DNA of 56,441 bases, taken from contig LCFM01000009.1 of the NCBI GenBank assembly GCA_000999025.1, forward strand, positions 1 through 56,441, given 5' to 3'. The notes under the pieces are model-generated. The model saw only the letters and a list, made by a program, of their open reading frames with translations, was not told the DNA's origin and made no database searches. The stretch comes from Parcubacteria group bacterium GW2011_GWA2_43_13 (GTDB taxonomy: Bacteria; Patescibacteriota; Patescibacteriia; UBA9629; GWA2-43-13). Position numbers and translations under genes: made by a program. Shown in pieces: positions 35,928 through 44,865 of this stretch. How positions within the stretch are numbered: the stretch's first letter is position 1; each line of letters starts with the position of its first letter.

Positions 35928-36518
35928 CTAAAACTTCACCTCTGGCACGGCTTTTTCCACCTCATCCATGTCAAAAAATTCTTCTTTCTTAAATCCGAAC
36001 ATCCCAGCGATAAGATTAGTCGGAAACGTCTCAAGGGCGTTCTTCAGGTCAATCACGGTATTGTTATAAAATCTCCGAGAAGCTTGAACTTTATTTTCCG
36101 TATCAGATAATTCATGCTGAAGTTCAATAAAATTCGTATTTGCCTTGAGTTCCGGATACGCCTCGGCAACAGCGAATAAACTCTTCAAAGCGCCAGTCAG
36201 CATATTTTCCGCCTGCGCATGTTCTTGCGGCGAATGAGCGCCAATGGCATTTGCCCGCGCTTCAGTCACTTTTTCAAACACGCTTTGCTCATGCGTTGCG
36301 TACCCTTTTACTGTTTCAACCACATTCGGGATAAGGTCATGACGGCGTTTCAACTGCACCTCAATATCTGAATACGCCTCATGCACCCGATTTCGCTTGC
36401 GCACAAGCCCGTTATACACTGCCACAATCCACACAAATACAATAACTACTACAATGCCAATAATCCATAAAATATTCATAGAAAAAAGAATTAAGAATAA
36501 AACATGTATACTACTCAC
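35928..36518 (-). CDS. lemA: LemA-family protein
   Basis: An N-terminal TM helix precedes YNGLVRKRNRVHEAYSDIEVQLKRRHDLIPN. It lies directly upstream of htpX. Confidence 0.9.
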   Translation of the reverse strand: MSSIHVLFLILFSMNILWIIGIVVVIVFVWIVAVYNGLVRKRNRVHEAYSDIEVQLKRRHDLIPNVVETVKGYATHEQSVFEKVTEARANAIGAHSPQEHAQAENMLTGALKSLFAVAEAYPELKANTNFIELQHELSDTENKVQASRRFYNNTVIDLKNALETFPTNLIAGMFGFKKEEFFDMDEVEKAVPEVKF

Positions 36519-36562
36519 GCTACCACTTTTTGACTTATTTGTACAGCTTTGATTGTAATAAT

Positions 36563-36597
36563 AAAAAAGAGGCGCCGATCCTTGCTGATAAGCGCCT
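36563..36597 (-). terminator. Rho-independent terminator after purE
   Basis: On the minus strand: AGGCGC-loop-GCGCCT followed by CTTTTTTAT. Confidence 0.5.
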
Positions 36598-36633
36598 GTT
36601 TCGTTCTATCGTAGCAACCCGCCTACTCCCCCC

Positions 36634-37152
36634 TTATTGCGAGCAACGTTTCCCCAGTATCGCTGGTTTCTTGCCGACTTGCAATCTAAGGACATCAGCA
36701 AGTTTGATACCCAAGGCCGGATCCCCGATACTGAGGGCTTGGACCGCCATGATGGCGGCATTGAGAAAGCCACGCCCACCAAACGGCAGAGTCCCCACCG
36801 CAGTTCCGCTTGGCAAGGACTGTATAGCAGAAAGTGCGTCCATGCCCTCCCATTCGCCACCAGCCAGAGGAACTCCAAACACCAGCCGTGTGTTCTCGAT
36901 GATGGCCGCTATGGCACCGGGCAGTGCTGCCGAAAGACCAGCGCCGGCGATGAACACATTAACTCCGCACGTTCGCGCGTCCTTACAGTAAGTAGCCAAT
37001 ATCTCAGGATTGCGGTGAGCGGAGATAATTGAGAGCTCCCACAGAATGCCGCATGCATCCAAGAGAGCAGTTGCTCCGGAATCGTTGAACGCCGACTCAT
37101 CGCTCGTGCTTCCGAGGATGATGACGACTTGTGGGCTGTAACGGATTGTCAT
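36634..37152 (-). CDS. purE: PurE (N5-CAIR mutase / AIR carboxylase)
   Basis: VVIILGSTSD....SAHRNPE....FIAGAGLSAALPGAIAA....GVP is the PurE pattern. It is G+C-richer than its neighbours. Confidence 0.85.
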   Translation of the reverse strand: MTIRYSPQVVIILGSTSDESAFNDSGATALLDACGILWELSIISAHRNPEILATYCKDARTCGVNVFIAGAGLSAALPGAIAAIIENTRLVFGVPLAGGEWEGMDALSAIQSLPSGTAVGTLPFGGRGFLNAAIMAVQALSIGDPALGIKLADVLRLQVGKKPAILGKRCSQ

Positions 37153-37174
37153 TTCACACTCCTTATTGGTTACA

Positions 37175-38536
37175 TCATACGTTCGATGAAAGAGCCAGTG
37201 ACGGATCGAGGTTAAAACGGGCGTACATACTCTGCAGATGACACATACTCGCCACGAAATTGAAACAGGTATTCAACTCCTCTCTTGAAACCAACTTCGA
37301 CACTCGTTTGTCACCTATGTATGCCTCAAGCAGGACGTCACGGAATTCACGGCCAGTACCGACAACCATAAAGGCAGCCGATTGGACCATCCTGTACACC
37401 GTGTCCGGTTCTATCCCCCTTCTCTCAAGTAAGAGTTTCACTTCTTCCGAAGCCCAGCACCCGCGTGAACGGTTAATGCCCTCGGCCATTGCCTTGCGGT
37501 TGACTTCAAGATTTTCGACGATCCATGTCATCCGTTGTAACATGTAGTCGAAAAGACACGTGGCGTCTGGAAACGCAATACGCTCCACGCAGGAATGAGC
37601 GATGTCGCGCTCCAGCCAAGTAGAGACGAGCTCATTGCCCATGACCGCATACCCACGCAGGATTTTCGCCATGCCACTCATGCGTTCCAACAAGGTGGTA
37701 TTGCTCTTGTGGGGCATGGCGGACGAACCCTTTTGACCTTGCTTTCTCGGTTCTTGTACCTCGCCGAAAGGACTGGTTGCGAGAAGTCGAAAGTCTGTGG
37801 CGATTCTCTCGATACCCCCACCTGCTGTTGCCATGTCAGAGAGTAGATTTGCGAAAACGTCACGGCTTACGATCTGCGTTGCCGCGCGCCGCACACGCAA
37901 CCCCAACAACCGACAGACCTCAACCTCCAATTCAGGGGACAGGGTTTCATAGTTCCCCACCGCGCCAGAGCACTTCACCTCCTCGATTCGTTCGAAGGAA
38001 TTAATCAGACGCTCTTGTGCGCCCTCCATCATCTCTATATAGGAGCACACCAACCAGCCAAACGTGGTTGGCTTTGCGTCCTGACCATGAGTTAACCCCA
38101 TACGGTACGTGAACATGTGACGACTGGCGAGTGTTCGCAGAGCGGCGATGAACTTTGCCAAATCCGGCATGATAACGTTGCTGACTTGCCGAAATTGCAA
38201 AGCCAGAGCCGGGACTTCGGTGTCGAACGAGGTCAAGCCGTCATGGATAAAATGCCGAAGGTCTTCCGGCAATGCCCGACGCACAATGTCCACAAAGGCC
38301 TGAAGATCGTGCTCGATCTCTCGATCACGCTCAATGATGGCCTCAACCATCTCTGAAGTCATAAACTCTTCAGGTGTTCCGAGCACAGCCGTGATGCGAG
38401 TGCTGACCTCCTGCCGATAAAGGCCAAGGTTGCACCGTGCTTGAATCACGGCAAGCTCAACCTCAAGCCATGTACGAAACTGTGATTGAAGCGTCCAGAT
38501 AGACGCCATCTGCGTTGGAATGTAGCGTGCTATCAT
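37175..38536 (-). CDS. purB: Adenylosuccinate lyase PurB
   Basis: The fumarate-lyase signature GSSAMPHKSNT is present. The N-terminus MIARYIPTQMASIW follows a TAGGAG SD, and the start is trimmed to ATG 38536. Confidence 0.9.
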   Translation of the reverse strand: MIARYIPTQMASIWTLQSQFRTWLEVELAVIQARCNLGLYRQEVSTRITAVLGTPEEFMTSEMVEAIIERDREIEHDLQAFVDIVRRALPEDLRHFIHDGLTSFDTEVPALALQFRQVSNVIMPDLAKFIAALRTLASRHMFTYRMGLTHGQDAKPTTFGWLVCSYIEMMEGAQERLINSFERIEEVKCSGAVGNYETLSPELEVEVCRLLGLRVRRAATQIVSRDVFANLLSDMATAGGGIERIATDFRLLATSPFGEVQEPRKQGQKGSSAMPHKSNTTLLERMSGMAKILRGYAVMGNELVSTWLERDIAHSCVERIAFPDATCLFDYMLQRMTWIVENLEVNRKAMAEGINRSRGCWASEEVKLLLERRGIEPDTVYRMVQSAAFMVVGTGREFRDVLLEAYIGDKRVSKLVSREELNTCFNFVASMCHLQSMYARFNLDPSLALSSNV

Positions 38537-38632
38537 CTCTCCAACTCCTATTGTCAAATAACGCGTACCGGAGGCACAACACCCTCCGTGTATATCCTCA
38601 TCTTATACTCAATGTACATAAAAAGGCAAACC

Positions 38633-38656
38633 AAAAAACAGCCATAGTGTTGGCTG
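38633..38656 (-). terminator. Rho-independent terminator after tRNA-Lys
   Basis: On the minus strand: CAGCCA-ACACTA-TGGCTG followed by TTTTTT. Confidence 0.6.
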
Positions 38657-38663
38657 TTTGATA

Positions 38664-38735
38664 TGCGCCCAGGAGGATTCGAACCTCCAACCTTATCCTT
38701 AAGAGGGATCTGCTCTACCATTGAGCTATGGGCGC
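38664..38735 (-). tRNA. tRNA-Lys (CTT)
   Basis: Cloverleaf with acceptor GCGCCCA/TGGGCGC, anticodon loop CTCTTAA and T-arm GGAGG-TTCGAAT-CCTCC. There is one G.A mismatch at 27:43. Confidence 0.8.
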
Positions 38736-38761
38736 GCACAACTTTGAATTACGCTTTAAGC

Positions 38762-38787
38762 GTAGAGACGACCCCCTGGGGCGTCTC
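38762..38787. repeat. REP-like palindrome GTAGAGACGACCCCCTGGGGCGTCTC
   Basis: Inverted repeat, read directly. Confidence 0.7.
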
Positions 38788-38805
38788 AATCAATATACTC
38801 TCTTT

Positions 38806-38831
38806 GGGACGCCCCAGGAGGTCGTCTCTAC
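38806..38831. repeat. Degenerate REP-like palindrome GGGACGCCCCAGGAGGTCGTCTCTAC
   Basis: Same family with imperfect arms. Confidence 0.55.
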
Positions 38832-38873
38832 AACGCCATTTCACAAGCCAATACTTATCAAAAACTCGCACAA

Positions 38874-38945
38874 TGCGCCCGGAGGGATTCGAACCCCCAA
38901 TAATTGCTTCGAAGGCAATTGTGATATCCATTTCACTACGGGCGC
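38874..38945 (-). tRNA. tRNA-Arg (TCG)
   Basis: Cloverleaf with acceptor GCGCCCG/CGGGCGC, anticodon stem ATTGC/GCAAT and loop CTTCGAA. Confidence 0.8.
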
Positions 38946-39010
38946 GCTCAAAAACCTTATGTGAGCGTATCATTATCAGAATGTAAAATCAATATCACAT
39001 CATACCAAAA

Positions 39011-39037
39011 AGAGACGCCCCAGGGGGGCGTCTCTAC
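39011..39037. repeat. REP-like palindrome AGAGACGCCCCAGGGGGGCGTCTCTAC
   Basis: Inverted repeat, read directly. Confidence 0.7.
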
Positions 39038-39051
39038 ACATATATACATTC

Positions 39052-39327
39052 TTATTTCAATGCATCTTTTAATGCCTTGCCTGCTTTAAACTTTGGAACA
39101 GTAACAGCAGGGATCTGAATTTTTTGCTCTGGATGTTGCGGATTAACACCAACGCGCGCGGCGCGTTTTTTGGAAGAAAATGAGCCGAATCCTGTGAGCA
39201 CCACTTCATCACCCTTTTTGAGTGTTTCTGTGATAATACCGGTCAAAGCATTCAGCGCATCTTCTGCCTGACCTTTTGCGATGCCGACCTTTTCGGCAAG
39301 TTTCTCCGCGAGTTCTGCTTTATTCAT
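39052..39327 (-). CDS. hup: Nucleoid protein HU
   Basis: MNKAELAEKLAEKVGIAKGQAEDALNAL....GDEVVLTGFGSF....RAARVGVNPQ....IPAVTVPKFKAGKALKDA. The start is trimmed to Met14. Confidence 0.9.
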   Translation of the reverse strand: MNKAELAEKLAEKVGIAKGQAEDALNALTGIITETLKKGDEVVLTGFGSFSSKKRAARVGVNPQHPEQKIQIPAVTVPKFKAGKALKDALK

Positions 39328-39412
39328 ACGACAATAAAGCGATTGTTCCGTAGGCAATGCACACATGTATATAACCTACAGAGAACCGACTTAATTAATA
39401 CTTAATTAATAC

Positions 39413-40225
39413 TTATGAATGAACTTCAATAACCCGATCAACACGCTCAATCGCAATGCATTTTCCTGTTTCAGTATCAATACTCGCAACTACTGCATTC
39501 ATCTGAGCCGTCCCCTCCTCCTTAAGTGTATAGTTTGAGCTTAAATTGGTCAAGAACTGCGCAACCGCCTCTTCACGCGACACGCCAATAACACCGTTAT
39601 AATCACCTGTCATGCCAAGGTCGCTTACATATCCAGTGCCTTGCAATAAAATTCTCGCGTCAGCAGTTGGCACGTGCGTATGTGTTCCAAACACACATGA
39701 GGCGCGGCCATCGGCATACCAACCGAACGCGACTTTTTCACTCGTTGCTTCAGCATGCATATCAACAATGATCACTTTGATATCATCACCAATCTCGGCA
39801 AGCGCACGATCAAATCCATGGAAAGGATTCGCATACTTTTCCTTAAAAAATGCCTGGCCGATAACATTCACTACAGCAATGCGAACACCTCCAACTTCTG
39901 TCATCACAAACCCTTCGCCTGGCACGCTCACGCCCGGCTCTGCCCAGTTATATGGACGAATAACTGTCATTTGCTTTGTATCCATCACAGTCACCCCTTC
40001 TGGTTTTTTATTCATGTGATTTCCTGTTGTAAATACATCAACGCCAACGTCAGATACTTCTTTTAATGTCTCATACGAAAACCCTTTTCCATGAGCGATA
40101 TTCTCGGCATTGGCAATAACCAAATCAACATCATATTCTTTTTTGATGTCTGGTAATAATGCAACCAACGCCCTGCGCCCTATTTTCCCAACAATGTCGC
40201 CAATGGCGAGTATTTTTATAATCAT
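39413..40225 (-). CDS. ymdB: YmdB-family metallophosphoesterase (2',3'-cyclic-nucleotide phosphodiesterase)
   Basis: IKILAIGDIVGKIGRRAL...ANAENIAHGKG..., in the conserved position downstream of rny. Confidence 0.85.
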   Translation of the reverse strand: MIIKILAIGDIVGKIGRRALVALLPDIKKEYDVDLVIANAENIAHGKGFSYETLKEVSDVGVDVFTTGNHMNKKPEGVTVMDTKQMTVIRPYNWAEPGVSVPGEGFVMTEVGGVRIAVVNVIGQAFFKEKYANPFHGFDRALAEIGDDIKVIIVDMHAEATSEKVAFGWYADGRASCVFGTHTHVPTADARILLQGTGYVSDLGMTGDYNGVIGVSREEAVAQFLTNLSSNYTLKEEGTAQMNAVVASIDTETGKCIAIERVDRVIEVHS

Positions 40226-40273
40226 ACAAACGTCAATCCAAAACACGAAACTCGATTTCGTGCTTCGCATGTA

Positions 40274-41830
40274 TTATCTCGCGTACTCAACAACGCGCGT
40301 TTCTCGAATCACAGTCACGCGTATCTCTCCTGGATATTTTAGTTCTTCTTCTATCTTTGATGCAACATCGCGCGCAAGTTTCACTGCCTCCAAATCATCC
40401 ATATCCTCTGGCTTCACAAAAATCCGAACCTCGCGTCCCGCCTGAATAGCGTACACCTTTTCAACGCCAGCAAAAGAAGACGCAACATTTTCAAGCTCTT
40501 GCAAACGCTGGATATAATTCTCATACGTGTCTTTGCGAGCGCCCGGCCGCGCGCCTGATACTGCATCTGCGGTTTTTACAATAATATCTTCAAGCGTCTC
40601 GACATTATCCTCATGATGAGTAACCGCAATACGGGCGATAGGATCGGGTAATCCGTATTTCTTTAAAATTTCATACCCAAGCTGGGAGTGCGCGCCCTGC
40701 ACTTCATGATCAACCGCTTTGCCAATATCATGCAAAAGCCCTCCTTTCACGCATACTGTCACGTCAGCTCCCAATTCTTGCGCTAACAGCTTTGACAGTA
40801 AAGCAACTTCAATTGAATGCTGTAACACGTTTTGACCATAACTGGTGCGATACTTTAATCGGCCTAAAATCTGCAATAATTTTTTATCCAACCCTGCGAT
40901 GCCAACTTCATACGCGGCTTCCTCGCCCGCGCGCAAAATATCTTTTGCAAGATCTTTTTTTGCTTCTTCAACCGCTTCTTCAATCCTTCCCGGATGAATG
41001 CGGCCGTCTAAAATTAATTTATCCAATGCGCGTTTGGCAAGATGACGCCGAATAGGATTGAATCCGGAAACCAAAATGGAATTGGGAGTATCGTCAATAA
41101 TAATTTCCGTGCCGGTAATTTGTTCTATCGCTTTAATATTGCGCCCTTCTTTGCCGATAATCCTGCCTTTCATTTCCTCGCTGGGTAATGTAATAACCGT
41201 TGTTGTGGTTTCCGTGGCATGAGACGAAGCAATCCGCTCCATCGCGGAACTTAAAATCGCTTTTGCTTTCATTTCTATTTCGCTCGTTGACCATTGATCA
41301 AGTTTTCGAATGCGAACCGCAAGCTCATCTTTAGTTCTATGTTCCGCATTTTCCATTAAAATTTGCTTTGCATCCTCCATTGAAAGCCCTGCAATTTTTT
41401 CCAACTTTGCGATTTGTTCTTCGCGAATCGTCTGAATATGCGCTTTCGCATCATCAAGTTGCTTTGATTTGTCTTCCAGTATTTTATGCTTGCCTTCTAT
41501 TTCAAGAAGTTTTTTATCAAACATCTCTTCACGCGTTTCAAGACGTTTCCGCGCATCTTCAATCTCGCGTCGCCTCTGCTGTTCCTCTTTTTTCGCATCT
41601 TCAATAATCTGCAATGCCTTGTCTTTTGCCTCAATCAAAACCTCTTTTTGCTTTTGCTTTGCCTCGTTTAAAATCTGCTCGGCTTTTGATTCAGCCGATT
41701 CAACACTACGTGTTGCTATTGCTTTGCGGTAGACATAGCCGATAATGCCGCCAATGCCAACCGCTATAATCGCAATAATAAAAAACAATGGTGTCATAGG
41801 ACTGTACCATTGCAGGACTCTCATATTCAC
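40274..41830 (-). CDS. rny: Ribonuclease Y
   Basis: An N-terminal TM helix and a long coiled coil are followed by a KH domain (GRIIGKEGRNIKAIE) and an HD domain (GGLLHDIGKAVDHE). Confidence 0.9.
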   Translation of the reverse strand: MNMRVLQWYSPMTPLFFIIAIIAVGIGGIIGYVYRKAIATRSVESAESKAEQILNEAKQKQKEVLIEAKDKALQIIEDAKKEEQQRRREIEDARKRLETREEMFDKKLLEIEGKHKILEDKSKQLDDAKAHIQTIREEQIAKLEKIAGLSMEDAKQILMENAEHRTKDELAVRIRKLDQWSTSEIEMKAKAILSSAMERIASSHATETTTTVITLPSEEMKGRIIGKEGRNIKAIEQITGTEIIIDDTPNSILVSGFNPIRRHLAKRALDKLILDGRIHPGRIEEAVEEAKKDLAKDILRAGEEAAYEVGIAGLDKKLLQILGRLKYRTSYGQNVLQHSIEVALLSKLLAQELGADVTVCVKGGLLHDIGKAVDHEVQGAHSQLGYEILKKYGLPDPIARIAVTHHEDNVETLEDIIVKTADAVSGARPGARKDTYENYIQRLQELENVASSFAGVEKVYAIQAGREVRIFVKPEDMDDLEAVKLARDVASKIEEELKYPGEIRVTVIRETRVVEYAR

Positions 41831-42177
41831 TACTGTTCCAAGGGTAAAAATATCGCATCAAATTCTGTCGAACTAAACGACATTGAAACGATACCCAAAA
41901 GAGTGATCTTCAATCGCTCACAATAAAAAGATTGCCATAACACTCTCATTCCCGTTTTTGAGTCAAATAGTGGATAAAGAAAGCCAATCTATCAGCACTT
42001 CTTGCATAATCGCCCTTACGCACGCGCATCATTCTGCAATGGAAAATAAATTATCAATATCATTAATATACAAAATACCACACTCTTCAAAAATGTTCAA
42101 GCCCCCTGCTTAAAAAAGAAACAGACGCAATATCCATAACAGGCCTATTGCGTCTGCTACCGACGGATCCTCGGTGA

Positions 42178-42765
42178 TTATTGATCCGCCTCCGCCGAGA
42201 GATTCTCGTAAACCGCCCAGACGCGAGCAGAGAGGCGACGCAGTGAGTCGAGAGGATCCTTTACGCGGCATGCGATCAATTCACGCTGATCCTCTGACTC
42301 GAACCCCGGAGCCGCCAACAACACACTCGCGGCATGCTCGCGAGCACATACCTCGACCTCCAGCGCTTGGTGCCAGGAGACAAGAATCGATTCTACCGCC
42401 GCTTGAGCCCATAGCGCAATGGCAGCAAGAGTATCCTCGCTACCGTCCAGATGGAGACGGTCCTGATGCAGATAATCCTCGAACGTCTCGAACACAACGT
42501 CAACGATCTCGGGTGCCGGATTTGGAGGATCATCATCGCCCTGAAACATAACCCCCACACAGAACGTAACGACAACCCGCGGATCGTCGTTGTCGGCGTT
42601 GTGGATTTCCCCGGACTCGAACCATGTCTCGACGGCCGCAGAAAGCGCCATGAGAGCGAGAATCCGAGTGTCCCCAAAAATACGATTCTTCCCGTCCACT
42701 CCTGGCCAGTGGTCTGTCAGAACGTCCATGCCAAACCTCTCCATTGTTGTTATTCCACGCACCAT
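42178..42765 (-). CDS. Hypothetical acidic protein, G+C-rich orphan between rny and clpP
   Basis: ORF only. Composition changes abruptly at both ends. The start is uncertain (Met29 of the tracked ORF was used). Confidence 0.35.
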   Translation of the reverse strand: MVRGITTMERFGMDVLTDHWPGVDGKNRIFGDTRILALMALSAAVETWFESGEIHNADNDDPRVVVTFCVGVMFQGDDDPPNPAPEIVDVVFETFEDYLHQDRLHLDGSEDTLAAIALWAQAAVESILVSWHQALEVEVCAREHAASVLLAAPGFESEDQRELIACRVKDPLDSLRRLSARVWAVYENLSAEADQ

Positions 42766-42867
42766 ACGCAGAATGTCCTCTTTTATAAAGAGAAACACCA
42801 TACTATAGCAAAAGCAGCTCTTTATTACAAGAGCATAGTATAATCTCAAGATCGGGCAATAATACTG

Positions 42868-43458
42868 CTATTGCCGAGGGGCTGTTGCTACGATTTTATC
42901 AACCAACCCGTATTTTTTTGCCTCTTCAGGCGTAAGATAATAATCGCGGTCTGTGTCTTTTTCGATTTTAGCAAGCGCCTGCTTGGTGTGCTTTGCTAAA
43001 ATCTTATTCAACCGATCTTTGGTTTTGAGTATCTGTTCTGCCGTGATCTTAATATCAGCGGCCTGACCTTCAGCTCCGCCCATCACCTGATGCAACATCA
43101 TTAATGAATTCGGCAGTACAAGCCGCTTGCCCTCTGCTCCGCCGGCAAGCAGTACTGCGGCCATGGAAGCGGCCATGCCAATACAAATAGTCATAACTTC
43201 AGCGCCCACGTATTGAATAGTATCGTAAATGGCAAGACCGGCGCTGACTGATCCCCCAGGCGAGTTGACATACAATTTAATGTCTTTTTTCGAATCCTGA
43301 CTATCCAAAAACAAAAGTTGCGCGATAATCGTATTGGCAACGGCATCATCAATAGGACTGCCAAGAAAAATAATCCGCTCTTTCAGCAATCGGGAATAAA
43401 TATCATACGCCCGTTCGCCATAATGCGTTTTTTCAATAACTGTTGGGATGAGATACAT
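42868..43458 (-). CDS. clpP: ATP-dependent Clp protease proteolytic subunit
   Basis: [19 protein letters not shown]...[15 protein letters not shown]...[11 protein letters not shown] is the ClpP pattern with the Ser-His-Asp context. Confidence 0.9.
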   Translation of the reverse strand: MYLIPTVIEKTHYGERAYDIYSRLLKERIIFLGSPIDDAVANTIIAQLLFLDSQDSKKDIKLYVNSPGGSVSAGLAIYDTIQYVGAEVMTICIGMAASMAAVLLAGGAEGKRLVLPNSLMMLHQVMGGAEGQAADIKITAEQILKTKDRLNKILAKHTKQALAKIEKDTDRDYYLTPEEAKKYGLVDKIVATAPRQ

Positions 43459-43518
43459 ATAAATAGGTTAAAAAGCAAAGATTAAAAAATAAAAATAATA
43501 CATTTTTGCTTTTTAATT

Positions 43519-44511
43519 TCACATTACCTGCCATCCATCTTCTGTCTCCAGCAACGTTCCTTGTAAAGAAAATCCTGCCGCCTTTTTGTGTCCCCCTCCT
43601 CCAAAAAACGCCGCGATATGTGCCACATCAATATCATCGCGCGTTGTTCTCAAACTCCCCTTAATCGTGCCGTCAGCCAACTCCATTAACACCATGCCAG
43701 CGCGGATATCCCGTACAACATTCATAATATTCGCCACACTTTCAAGCTCGCCTTCTTTTACTCCGCACTCGCACAGATCACGCTGGGTAATGCACGCTAT
43801 GGCAATTCCGTACTTTTTATGATACTTCAATCGGCTCAAAACCTTTCCCCAAAGACGGAGTGACGCCATATCCTCCACGGCCCTGAATGTATTATTCATA
43901 ATCGTGGACAACTGCGCTCCGCAAGACAGCAGTTCGCTCGCAACCGCCAGCGCCTCATAATTCGTAGCCGCGTTGGAAAATGATCCTGTGTCAGTAAGGA
44001 TACCTGTTAACAAACACGTTGCCATAGACGGCGTTATCGGCTCATGAATGGTTTTAAAATATTCATATATCATCAAACAGCATGCTGAAGCATCTTTTTC
44101 TATCCAATGTATCGTTCCAAACCCGTCATTTGTATAATGATGATCTATCACAACAATAGGTATCCCTGCTGTTTTCCAATGATCAATCATCTTTTCCACT
44201 CCTGCTTGCCGAGCATCTGCAGCATCAAGCGCAATCACAAGATCGGTTACTTGATCCAATGATTGCGGAGTAGATTGAATTTTTTCAACGCCAGGCAAAA
44301 AACGAAAAGCATTCATAACCGGCGCAGGCAAACACACTGTATGAGAAACGCCATGAGAGAATAAATAATCAGAAAACGCCAACACCGCTCCTGTCGCATC
44401 TCCGCAATTTTTATGAGAAACAACAATAACATTATTCGCCTGAAGGCAGAGGGCATGAATCCGCTCTATATCCCCCTGATTGGTAATCCACTGCTCATCC
44501 ATAGATATCAA
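43519..44511 (-). CDS. nrnA: DHH/DHHA1 phosphoesterase (NrnA-like nanoRNase/pAp phosphatase)
   Basis: The motifs are DGDA-like (GDATGA), VIDHHYTN (DHH) and FGGGGHKKAAG (DHHA1). Confidence 0.8.
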   Translation of the reverse strand: MISMDEQWITNQGDIERIHALCLQANNVIVVSHKNCGDATGAVLAFSDYLFSHGVSHTVCLPAPVMNAFRFLPGVEKIQSTPQSLDQVTDLVIALDAADARQAGVEKMIDHWKTAGIPIVVIDHHYTNDGFGTIHWIEKDASACCLMIYEYFKTIHEPITPSMATCLLTGILTDTGSFSNAATNYEALAVASELLSCGAQLSTIMNNTFRAVEDMASLRLWGKVLSRLKYHKKYGIAIACITQRDLCECGVKEGELESVANIMNVVRDIRAGMVLMELADGTIKGSLRTTRDDIDVAHIAAFFGGGGHKKAAGFSLQGTLLETEDGWQVM

Positions 44512-44861
44512 TCATCCTCTTGCTGTGTTTTAAGAGTATCCAATATCTCCTCCATTTCAAGCGCCCGTTCACCTGTTACATCCTCCATAAATATCAATCG
44601 AGGATTTTTTTTGAGTTGAATATGGTGAGAAAGCAGTTGTTCTATTTCTTTCACCTTTCGTATCAGCACAGACAGCGCCGTATGCACATACACAGCAGGA
44701 AGAACCGTAATCCACACTTTACAAACAGCTAAATCACGAGCCGTTTTCACTCGCGTAAGCGTTACCAATACATCTGGAGGAAATTCAATATCACGAGCGA
44801 TAATGCGGGAGAGCTGATGATGAATAACAGAATCAACTTGCTCCATCCGATGCACAGTCAT
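44508..44861 (-). CDS. rbfA: Ribosome-binding factor A
   Basis: RMEQVDSVIHHQLSRIIARDIEFP...VTLTRVKTARDLAVCKVWI. It sits between infB and the DHH gene, as in many bacteria. Confidence 0.85.
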   Translation of the reverse strand: MTVHRMEQVDSVIHHQLSRIIARDIEFPPDVLVTLTRVKTARDLAVCKVWITVLPAVYVHTALSVLIRKVKEIEQLLSHHIQLKKNPRLIFMEDVTGERALEMEEILDTLKTQQEDD

Positions 44862-44865
44862 AGGA

